The position numbers and the translations under genes were made by a program. DNA of 63,131 nt, filler included, from Conidiobolus incongruus B7586 (Eukaryota), in assembly GCA_000697335.1 (NCBI GenBank). It is 8 parts of 8 records of this genome, joined end to end, with 100 filler letters (N's around TTAATTAATTAA, not from the genome) between each part and the next. Parts side by side here need not be neighbours in the genome. Positions count along the whole stretch, not along the records: positions 39,735 to 48,497 come from JNEM01006587.1; positions 48,598 to 58,589 come from JNEM01006588.1; 6 more parts are not named here. The stretch is one strand, 5' to 3'. The notes under the pieces were generated by a model that made no database searches, was not told the origin of the DNA, and saw only the letters and a program-made list of their open reading frames with translations. Positions 41,810 to 54,100 of the stretch are shown one piece after another. Each line of letters opens with the position of its first letter. The stretch's first letter is position 1.

Positions 41810-42870
41810 ATTTAAACTAGATTATGATTATCAAAAGGCTTTTATTTTTGTATTTTTAAAACTTAACCATAAACCCTTTAAGATCTTCTAAAACTTGTAA
41901 ATAGCTTATAAAGATGATGCTTTATCTAAAAATACTATATATCATTAGATTCATGATTTTAAAGTTAGAAGGGACATTATTCAAAATTTATAAAAATCTA
42001 AAAGACTAATTTCTACTATTATTCTTTTATTTACTAATAAAGTAAAAAAATATATTAAAAAATACCTTTTTATTTTTGTTAGAGAATTATCAAAGCAATT
42101 TAATGTTAATTATATAAGCATGTTATATTTGCTTAAGTTTAAACTTAGATTAATTAATAAAAATATAAAATAGATACTTTATAATTTAACAAAAGCCTAA
42201 AAGAAAACTAAAGTAGCTATAGCTAAATTAAACATATTAAGGTATAACTAAAAACAAAGGTTTTTATAGCAAATACTTATAATTAATGAATCTTAGATTC
42301 TTTTATATGATCTTTTATCTAAAAATAAAATAAGATGTTAGGTTAAGCTAAATCAATCCCCTTTATTAATTCTAATAAATAATCATTTTAAATATAAATG
42401 AATATTAATTATTATAATGAATTATAATAATATATAGTTTTCTTATTTAATACCTAAAGGAAAATTAATTAATAGTTAGTTATATATTACCTTTTTAAAT
42501 AAAATAATTTCTAAATAGTGTTCTTAATATAAAATAAAAACACTTATTATTTTGCATAATAATTGCAAAATACATAAAGCTAAAGCTATAAAAGATTTTT
42601 TATATAAAAAAATTAGAGGGAGTTATTATATCTAGTATATTCACCTGATTATAACCTATATAATTATAATTGTTTTAGATAATTAAAAAAACAGCTTATA
42701 GGAAAAAAAATTCCTGTAAACAAATTAAATTAGTTTATGAAATATCAAATTTCAGTCTTTAATAAAAAGAATTGTTTTTAGGTATTAGAAGCTTATCAAA
42801 GGTTTAGAAAAGAGTTATTAATAATAAAGGAGGCTATTAATTTTATATTATTCATTAATTCTTACATATT
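41810..42870 (+). mobile_element. Diverged mariner copy (transposase region)
   Basis: Residual ILHNNCKIHKA (LHDNARPH-like) at ~42550 and YSPDYNLYNY (YSPDLAPSDY-like) at ~42638. Confidence 0.8.
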
Positions 42871-45132
42871 ATTTATTAGTTTAATTATTCAATTTTAATT
42901 TTAAAATAGTGCCATTACTTAATTTCTACATTAATAATAATATTAAATTTAATTAAATAGGTTTCTTTATGAAAGTTTCCTAATATATCACAATTTACCT
43001 AGATATCTTGGTAAATCTAATCCCAACTGGTAAAATTATCACTTTCTTATTTAAATATTTTAAATATTTTAATAAATATATTATATAAATTCAAATGACA
43101 ATATTTTTATAATTATTTTATAAATTTTCAATACCAAATTAATTAAGATTTTAATTTATAACACTCCTTTAATTTTGTCCAAATGTACTTGTTTTTAATT
43201 AAAATCAATTTCGAATTTAAATTTCAAACATCATAGAAATAAAACTAATTGCGAATATTAGTATATTTGAATAAATTATTATGATATATATGAATATCCA
43301 TAGTTCATTTTTTATTACATAATACTTATCAAAGGATATATTTGTTGCTTTGGATTAGAAATTCAATAAACATTTTTTAGTCGCTTCACAATGTTCCTAT
43401 CTGAATTATGAATTTTAAACCAAGTTATATGAGAAAAATAGCTGGATAGAAAAATGATTTGCTAAAATTTGAATTAACAGTTGCCTAATAAATATACAAA
43501 TACGCCAGAAGTCATTGAAGGGTAAATCCAAATTTTTATATTAATATTTTGAATAAGATATAAAAGTACATCATAGTAATACATCACACCTTGAAAATAT
43601 TTCTAAACGGTTTAAATACTCACCTTACAAATCAGAATTTTCAAAATGAAGTATTATAGTATATCAAATCCATTTATTAGGTTAAATTTAGCCAAATAGT
43701 TATAATATCCAATTATGGAAGAAAGTTTTTATTAGTTTATAATAAGTGTAATATGTTCAATAACTTAAAATTGATCAATATTAATATTGTAAATGCAGTT
43801 TGATTTAGTAGAATATATTTTTAATTATGCTATTTTTCAATCACCATTACTTGATAATTATCTCATTTAAATATTTTTGTCATTGAACAATAAAGATATT
43901 TTATAATCAAATAGTTAACTTTAATTATAAAATTGATTTAATTTGGTTATAGATGACTTGAATAAATCTATAAAATAATTTGGTCATAGGATAGTAAAGC
44001 GTACAATTAGTCATTTATAATTTGACCTTATATCATATTAGTATATTCTATTAAGTTTTTAATAATTAGGAGAAGTTATATAGGTAAGATATTAATAATA
44101 TAAAATAAACCAATTTCAATTTATATTATTAATACTTTATATTTAAATAATGAAAACTTTTTCAAATTAAAAAATAAATTAATATAATAGTATATAATAT
44201 ATAAAATTAGAAATATAATAAAAAATCAGCATTATTTAATTATTAATATTTTTTTAATATATTTTTAATAAGCTTCTTATAGCTAAAAAATAACTCTCTT
44301 TAAGGAATGTTATTTAAAAGTTTATAAATTAATCAAATTTATTTATAAATTTTCTTATAAGCTTAATTTTTATTTATAACAACCATAAACATAAGAGGAA
44401 ATAGTTTTTTAAAGCTTAAACAAAGAATCACTAGTGGTAAATAATAGATTACTATAAAATTAAGGGAAATTAAAATGATTTACTAAATTAAGTAAAAAAA
44501 GCTTAATATAAATCAATCTCATTAAATAAAGAAAATATCATATACTTGTCATAATTTAATTCTATTATAAGTATTACCAAAAAAACTTAAAAACTAAATA
44601 TTTTTAAAAACGAAAATAGAAAGATATGTTTATTATTCAGCTTATGATTACTTTATATTACTTTTAATTATTAAGCTTAAATAGCTATAAATAACTTTGG
44701 ACAAAAAATAATAAGTTAAACTAGTTAATAGAATAAAGTATTTTAATATAAATTTATATATTAATATAATATTAGAGTTTTTTAATTGATAGATAGGATT
44801 ATTCTTTATCAATATTTTTATTTTACCTTTGTTTATTTCAAATATCATAATAATGATTTAAAAACTTTACCTAAAAGCTTAATGTTTTATAAATTAATTT
44901 TATTTGAATAAATATTAACAAGTATAAGTATAGATTGAGTTTATAAGGTTAAAATTAAGTTTTTATCATTCGTTTTTTAAAATAGACTAGTAATTGGTAT
45001 TAAATTTTTTTGAAATTTATTTCATATAAGCTTTTTTTTACAATAAATAATAAAAAATAATAAAAACATAAAAATTATAAAAAAAGAGAATAATAAAAAA
45101 AGAGAGAAAAAATAAAGAATATTATTAAAATA

Positions 45133-46426
45133 TTACTTTGTATTTTAAATAATGGGAATTTTTTGTAATTTAAAATAAATTAATATTTTGATATATAATA
45201 TATAAAAATAAATATATATATAAATTCAATTGTTTTTTTATTACTAATAACTTCTTGCTATACTTTTAGCAAACTTTTAACATTTAAAAAACAGTTTTTT
45301 TATTAAAGATTAATATTTAATATTTCACAATCTAATTAAATTTTTTAACAAAAATCTTTTTCTTATAAACTAATTTTTTAATTATTTAAAGCAATTATAA
45401 TCATATAGGTTATAAACTAAAGAATATACTAGATATGATAGTTTCTTCTAGTTATTTTTAATAAGAAAATTATTATAACTTTAAATTTATATGATTTATT
45501 ATTATTATTATGTAAAATTATAAGTCTTCTTAAGTTATATTGAATATATTAATTAAAAATAGGTTTATTTATAAAAATAATATAAGGCTTAGTATTAATT
45601 GATTTTCTTTTAAGAATTAAATAAAAATAACATATATTATTATAATTTATTTTAATAATTAAGATTTGCTTTTTAAAAATACTTATTTAAAAGGATTTAT
45701 AAAGAGAGTTAATTTAGTTTTATCTATCATTTTGATTTGTATTTAGGTAAAAAATTATATAAAAATATCTAAAATTTATTAATTATAATTATTTTTACAA
45801 AAGCTTAGGTTTTTAATAATATTTTAAATTAGTTTTATTTAATAATATCTATTTTAGTTACTATTAAACTTTAATTAAAATATAAAATACCAATTTTATA
45901 TTCTTATTTATAAATTTAAGTTTAAGCTTTAATATATATAAAATATTAGTAAGACTAATATTAATAAGTTTAGATAAAACTTAAATCAAAATAAAAAGGT
46001 GTTTTTCAATATATTTCTTTATTCTATTAATAATTGAAAGAGTGACAGTTAAAGTTAGTCTTCCAGATTTTGGCAGGTTTTGGATAGTTTCTCTTCTAGC
46101 CTTAAAATAATTTATCTAGCAATAAATTGTTGATTTAGATAATACTTCATTATCAAAAGCTGCTTATAAATTTTGAATAATTTTAGAGAGCTTATGGTTA
46201 AATTTTATTGATACTAAAACAAAAGACTTTTGATGATCATTATTTGGTTTAAGCATATTAAAATTAAATAGCCAATTTTAAAATTAATTTTTTAATCAAA
46301 AAAATTGCTATATGTATATTAAAAGTAATTTCCTATTAACTTTGTATATATTTATTTATTTCAAACTAATAATATATTTGGAAAAATGGAAATTAAAAAA
46401 TTTCCCATTTTTTAAATTCAAGATAA
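45133..46426 (-). mobile_element. Complete but inactivated mariner-type transposon (~1294 bp)
   Basis: Flanked by TA with ~30-bp imperfect TIRs. From the ATG at 46256 it reads ...IIQNL*AAFDNEVLSKSTIYC*INYFKARRETIQNLPKSGRL, a mariner HTH region. Confidence 0.88.
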
Positions 46427-46429
46427 TAA

Positions 46430-46630
46430 TATCAAAATAAAAGATTTTTGATCATTATTATTTAGTTTAAATATAGTTAAATTAAACAACTAATTTTAAA
46501 AAGTTAATTCATCAATTAAAAAAATTATCATATATATTATTTAAAAATATATAATTTTTTATTTATTCTAATTATATTTGAAAAATCAGAAATTGAAAAA
46601 TTTATTATTATTTGAAATTCAAAATAATAA
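46430..46630 (-). mobile_element. Extra partial mariner left end
   Basis: Repeats ~46215-46426 directly next to the full copy. Confidence 0.65.
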
Positions 46631-47194
46631 ATATAATTTTATATTAAGTTAAAATTAAGGTAAATATCATAGTTTTATATTTATAAGTATTTTCTTTTAA
46701 AATCACAAATTTATTTCTTTTATTTTACAAAGAAGTTAATAAATCTAATCTTAAAAAATCTATAAAGTTATAAAATATATTACCTAGTTTGAATTTTATT
46801 ATTATAAACAAAAGTTAATATAAAGAACTTATTAAAAAACATAATAATTTTTAAGGAAATATATTTATTTAATATTTGTTTATTAATATTTCATTTATTA
46901 ATTATTATAAAATTATATCTAATAACCAATTTTTATATAATATTATAAATTAATCGGTTAGTATTTTTAAACTTATATGTAAATTACCTCTTAAATATAA
47001 TACCAGATATTAAATTAAACTTTTTTTTTAAAAATTCATTTATATTTAATACCTAATTACCACCTATTCCTTAAGTAATATCAAATTTTAAAAGAAAACT
47101 CTAAAAATTATTTAAAAATAAATATATAAAATCTTTTTTTTAAAGATTGTTTATTCTTTTTAAATACTATATTAATGATATTTAATTATTATAT

Positions 47195-47528
47195 TGCAAG
47201 GCTTCTGGAAAGTAGTCTTGCGATAAAGATCACGTGAGCTCGATGAAACGGGCCAAAGATGGCTAACTAGATACTTTAGAGGAGTTTTATTAAAATAGCA
47301 AGATCTAGGGCTTGGCCCTGATCGAAGTGATCCCTCAGCAAATATCTGTCCAGTGACTATTTTATAGTGTGGTTGATCCTTGGCCAATGTGTTGAGGCTC
47401 CAGCTTCTGCTATAGTCTGGAATTTTCCATTGTGCAAGGGTTGTTCCTGATATTTGTGAGTGGATTACATCTGGAATCTTGACGGGCGGTTAAAATTGAA
47501 AGGCGAGCGGACCTCCCGATCCGCGACA
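47195..47528 (-). mobile_element. Solo LTR (334 bp)
   Basis: TG...CA termini and ATAT on both flanks. On the minus strand, TATAAAA (47366-47360) precedes AATAAA (47291-47286). A second copy lies at 4604-4911. Confidence 0.8.
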
Positions 47529-48599
47529 ATATATTATTAATTATATATCAAGTTTAAAATTATTAAAAACAAAAACCATTTATTTAATTTAGAAAGTATT
47601 AAATATAAATTAATTAAGTTAATTATATTTATTAGGTTATATATTAGATATAATTATTATAATATTAAAGGAAATTTCATTTTTTTAATCATTTTTAATA
47701 TTTTATTAAATTGTTATAAATTTCTTATAATTATTTTAATCTATAAAAAACTTTTATAATTTTTATTTAAATTATCATTTTATTTTATAATTTTATTTTT
47801 AATATCATTATTATTATTTATTTTAATAATATTTTAATATATTTAAAGACCAAAGAAAAATATATATAATATTTTTATTATGTTTTATAAATTATTTAAA
47901 AATATAAATTATTTTTAAAACTATGAAAATATATCTTTAATATCATTTTTATTTTTTTTATGGTTATATTATTTGTTCTTAAAGATTTAATATTGATTTA
48001 ACCAAACATAATTATATAAAAGCTTTTATCATATTTGGAAATAAAAACTATGTTATATTTTTATTTAGATTATTGCATAATATTTAAAATTCTAATGATT
48101 TTTATTGATTATATAGTTTTTGTAATTAATCTCTAGAGAAAAAACTCTTTTGTTAAATAAACCCCATTATATATTTTTTGCATAAACGCTTTAATTTTCA
48201 ATATTATTAATATATTTATATTGATTATTTTTGACTTAAAATTACTTAATATTATTTTTACTAACTTTAATTTTTTTGTAATTACTAAATAATTAATTTA
48301 GTTTATATTTATTTATATTTTATCTTTGAATATTAAGATAAAATAATGTATAAAGCAAAATAAATTATATTTAACTTTATAAATACTATTTTAAAATCAA
48401 AAAGGTTTTAATAAAAAAAAACTAGCTAAATTAAAATATTTTGTTTATAAATAAAAATTATTTATATTTATTGTTTTATAGCTTTTTTTAATATTTANNN
48501 NNNNNNNNNNNNNNNNNNNNNNNNNNNNNNNNNNNNNNNNNTTAATTAATTAANNNNNNNNNNNNNNNNNNNNNNNNNNNNNNNNNNNNNNNNNNNNTA

Positions 48600-51197
48600 G
48601 TTATATAAGTTATAAATAAGAAAATATAATAAATATAATAATTCTTTCTAGTTATTTTTTATTTACAAATTTTTTATAGTTTTAAATTTATATATATTAT
48701 ATTTTTATATAAAATTAAAATCTTCTAAAATTATATTGAAACTACTTAATAAATATAGGTTTAATAAAAAAAATATAATACCTATTATTAATTGACTTTC
48801 CTTAATTAATATAATAAGAATAGTATATACACTAGCCCACAAAAATAAGTCATAAAATTAAAAATATATATATATTTCTATTAATATTTTAATCAATTCT
48901 AATTTAAATAAACTTATATTAAACTATGTAATTAATATATATTTTTTATTTATATTATAATATATATAGTTAAATTTAATTAATTATTAATTGATATATT
49001 TACACTAAAAGTATACTTAAGATAAGTTATAAATTTGCAAGTTTTAGTATTAATAGAAAAATTAATATCTAGTATATCTACTTTTTGCTTTTCTAACTTC
49101 TTTAAGTTTATAGGGTATAGAGTCAACTAGTTTTTTATATTAGGCAAGACTAATATTATTCTAAGCTTCTTAAATATACTCCTAAAGTTAATTTAAATTT
49201 TTTGCTAGGGGGAAAGCTTTAATTAATTTTTTTAATTAATCCTAAAAATATTCAATTAAGTTAAGATTAAAAAATTAAGGAAGTTATTTTATAATAGTTA
49301 TTTTGTTATTTATAAGCTATTTAATAGTAGAATTTATATTATAACAAGGTGTACTATCTTATTTAAAAATAATATTTGATTTTTTTAATTTATACCACTT
49401 AATAGTTTTTTTAATTTATTATTTAGAATACTTTAGTATATTTCAGCATTAATTCCCCTATCAACCCTATAAAGATACCTTATACCTAAAGATAACATAC
49501 ATCCCTAAATTATAATTAACTTATCATTGTATTTTTGGGTTATAATAATATAATAGTTATAAAGTAATTCTTTATCTTTTTTGAATTATTTAGCTTTTCT
49601 ATTTAATTTATTAAGATATATCTTTGTTTCATTAAACTAAATAACTTTACTCTAATTAGTTTTAGTTCATCTTTAGTATTAACATTTAAACTTTTACCTA
49701 GCTTTATATTAAAACTTCTTTAGTTGGGGGTGTTTTTTTAAGATATAAGTAATATCTATTCTAATGTAAAATATATATAATAGTATTAGTACTAACTAAT
49801 ATTCTTATATAGTTTTGTAATTCTTGTTACACTTCTATAGTAATATTACACTTACTTGTATTAACTAATCTACAAATATACTTTTTACTATACTTATCTA
49901 TAATTTTACTATACTTAAGTTTTAGTTTAGATGTTTCTTTAGCATTGTTTTTAATAACTTTAACTATAGTAGATTAACTAACACTAGTAATTCTAACAAT
50001 CTTATAAGTTAATTTATTTTCATTATAATGTTGATTAATGCATAAGTAAACTTTTTTAAAGAGAGATTTAAGCATTATAATATTAATTTTAAAATATTAG
50101 CTTAATAGTTTTATAATATATATAATACAACAAAAGAAAAGGAAGATATATATAAGTTTTGTTATTTATACCCCTTTAACTTATAAACCCAAAAATTTAT
50201 AACTCACCTTAGTTAAATTTTAGGTTTTAATATATTAACCAATAACTAATGTAATATAATCAAATATAGTTAGTTATAAATAATTAATATAGATAAATTA
50301 TATATTTTAAATTTATTTAATTACAAATTGTTTAAGATATAAGTAAATATTTAAGTAATTTTGATTTTATAACTTATATTTGTAGGCTAGTATAATATTA
50401 TAATTTTTTATTATAATTTATATTTACTAATTAATATAATATATATTTAAAAGGATTTATAAATTAGTTAATTTAACTTAATCTAATATTTTGATAAAAA
50501 TTTTAATAGAGGATTATATAAAAAGATTTAATATTTATTAAATCTAGTTATTTAATATAAAAGCTTAGGTTTCTAATAATAACTTAGTAAATTTTATTTA
50601 ATAATAACTCTTTTAGCTTTTTTAAGCTTTAATTAAAATATAAGATATTTAATTTATATATTTATTTATTAATTTGAGTTTAAATGTTAAAATATATAAA
50701 TACTTAAAAAACTAATATTAAAGTATTTAGATAACTCTCTAATTAAAATAAAAAGATACTTTTTAATATATTTTTTATTTTACAAATAGTTAAAAAAATA
50801 ACTATTAAAGTTAGTTTTTTTAAATTTTAACAAGCTTTAATAATTTTTCTTTTAGCCTTAAAATAGTTTATTTGGTGATAAATAGTTGATTTAGATAATA
50901 TCTTATTATTAAAAGTTACTTATAATTTCTCAATAATTTTAAAGAGTTAATAATTAAGTTTTGCAAATATTAAAATAAAAAACTTATGATGATTATTATT
51001 TAATTTAAGCATAATTAAATTAAATAACTAATTTTAAAAATTTAATACTATAATCAAAAAAAATTTTATATGTATATATATAATCTGAAACTATATAATT
51101 TCTTATTTATTTTGTATATATTTGTTTATTCAGAACTAATAATATGTTTGAAAAAGCAGAAATTAAAAATTTTCCAATTACTTTAAATTCAAGGAAA
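48600..51197 (-). mobile_element. Mariner copy interrupted by a Tc1 insertion
   Basis: 48600-48829 and 50393-51197 join into continuous mariner sequence. The left TIR is at ~51167-51197. Confidence 0.75.
48830..50392 (-). mobile_element. Complete, inactivated Tc1-type (DD34E) transposon (~1563 bp)
   Basis: TA|CACTAGCCCACAAAAATAAGTCAT at the left and its inverted match at the right, followed by TA. The minus strand gives *LP*FFNLNLIEYF*D*LKK (WPPQSPDLNPIE-like) and KLVDSIPYKLKEVRKAKSRYTRY* (Tc1 C-terminus). Confidence 0.85.
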
Positions 51198-54100
51198 TAG
51201 TTTGATAATTTATAAGACTAATATCAACATAAATAACTTTTTATAAATTGGCAATCGAATGTGAATTAAGGATAACAATGACAAGATACTAATGCTGTTC
51301 CTTCTTCTTTAACAGCACAGGTACAGAGGTGACCAATCTCCATTATAAGGGTTAACATTATTAAATTTTTCCGATTGCATCGGTAATTATTAAACTTCAA
51401 TGAAAATTGATGCTATTGATAAAGATTCGAATTTCTAAATCAATTTGATTATCTTTTTTTTTAAATATTGAATTAAATACTATGAATGATTTCAAAATAG
51501 TTCTATAGTTAATATTTTTGTAACAATAAAATTATATATTTAAGCAATATTAACTAAAATAATTAATATTCAGAGACTTTAATAAAATATTTAATTATTA
51601 ATCAATTTATAAAACTATAAAAATATTATTTGGCTTTATTAAAAAAGCTCCAAGTAATAAATTATGGATTTTATTTACTATATGGATTTTTTAAACTATT
51701 ATAATTAATTAAAATTGTCAAAATTAATAGCTCTTTTTTATGTTTTGATGTGAATATTATCTATACATTAATTACTTCAGTCATTTAAGGTTGGGTATTG
51801 GGAAATTTATATTTACATTATTAATTAAATATTGATAATATTCAATTCTGTATTATCAAATCTTCAATCCTTGCAAGAAATCTACAATCGGGGACTCATT
51901 TATTTTATATATACAATGCCAATAATATATCTTTATTTATAAGCAAATTAAGTTAGTATATCATATACAACAAGGGCTAGGTAATAGAGAGTAACAGGAT
52001 ATAATCAAAGTTTGAATGGTCAAATGTCAGAATCAATGATATTGGGCCCGTTTTACTCTTAATATTCATATTATTATATAATAGCTTATAAATAGATCAT
52101 ATGATTATCAATATCTGGCGTTCAATGCTTCAGTTGAAGAGCACTTTGCATTTACTTTATAATTCTCAGTAGCCATAAGATTGTTGAGACCTGAATATAA
52201 AACATAAAAACTGTAATGTAGTAGAGAACGATCAAAAGTGGTGAAATTCGTAGATCCCAATGTAATCTATGATACTAAGGTTATATCAAATTATTATAAA
52301 AAATAATAATATTTTTAAAGTAATAATTATTAAATTAATAATATTTTATAAGATCCTTATTAAATTTACTAATTATGAATTTATTATTTTGAATTTTATT
52401 TTACAAAATCTAATTAATAAAGGTTATACAACCAAATAAATTATAATAAAGTTTAAAATTAATATAAGTAATTAAATATATAATTTTAGCGACTATTTAT
52501 CAACTTTAAAATATTTCTCAATTTATTAATAAAAATTATTTATAATTGTATTAACATTCTTCTATATAAATATAAACTAAATTGATGCATTATTTAATTG
52601 ATTGATTTCATTAGAATTAATCCTTATAGAAGATCTTAATTTTACATTATATTATAATAGAGAAGTTAAAAAAAAGTAAATTTTATTACAATGATTTTAT
52701 CTAATTAAAAAATCTATGTATTTTATATTTTTTAAAAAGATTTATTAATTATGCTAATTTTTTTAAATTGAAATAATAATTTCTTACAAATTTATTTAAT
52801 CCAATATCATTTATAATCTTGGCTAATTAACAGACAAAATGAATAATTTTTATATTATTGTGATTAATAATTGGAATCTAATTTTTTTTTGATTAATTGA
52901 CATTCATTCTACTGAAATAATAATTAAAGCTTTTTCTTAATATTATTAAAATTTATATTGAATAATGATTTATTAAAAACTATTGTTATTATATATAGCG
53001 AAAAATAGTCAATTAGAAATTATATAAGTGTTTACTTATGTATAATTTTAAGATTTCGAATAAATAGTTTATCTAAATATAAATTTTTAACAATATTTAT
53101 GACTTCACAGTAAATAATTCATTTTTGGCTTTAATTTATTAATAAACTCTCTCAATAGTATAGTAGAATATTGAATATATAGAATATATTCTAATAATAG
53201 TTTTATTTGTTTTAGAAGAATTAGCTGTGATTTTTTATTTTATAAAATATAAAATAACTTTTCAGTGTGGCTAATATACTTTTATCAAATTTGTATATAT
53301 CGATATATATAAAAATCAGGATTTCAATAATCTATTTTTAAAATAGACTTTTAATTCTTATTAATTTGATTTATATTATTATTCACACTTGTTCTATAAT
53401 AACTTTTTTAAACTCTATCAATTATTATTTTTTTACTTTAATTAAATTTTATAGATTATATGGATATTACTTTACATTCCATTCTAAGACTTATATTAAT
53501 AAATTGAAGAATTTGTATAATAACAAGATTTTTATTAAATCAATAAGAAAATATTATTATTTAAATTTTTAAATATTATAATAAATAATTAATCAAAGTT
53601 ATGTAAATTATAATATTATTTAAATTAACTTATAAATATATACTGTTATATATATTTATATAGAGGTCATTTTTAATAATGTAGATTTATAATTATTAAT
53701 TTCGAATATAAATTTAGTGATAGAAATAGCGAAAATATTGAATACCTTGGTATATTCTATTATTAAAATTATTTTATGTAATTCGGGTATAAATTAGTTC
53801 AACCAGCAGTATTAAATTCAATTATATTAAAAAAATAAATTGAATTAATTATTATGTGATCATTTAAACTAAGTGATCAGATATTATTCTTATCTTATTT
53901 AAATTAAAATTTTTAGTATTTTCAAGTTATTCATTTAAAAAGTTATATGAAAAATTATCATATATTATTTAGCTTAGTATAATCATTGTATCATTATGTT
54001 ATTTAAAGTAAAATATTATTATTTAACTCAATAATATTATTCAACAGAATTATATTTAAAGTATAATTAGCTTAATTATATTATATTCATTATAACTAAA

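Noticed and set aside
47282..47312. gttttattaaaatagcaag resembles a Cas9 sgRNA/tracrRNA scaffold
   Set aside because: A short AT-rich match that is the reverse complement of the LTR poly(A) signal. There is no nuclease gene or repeat array.
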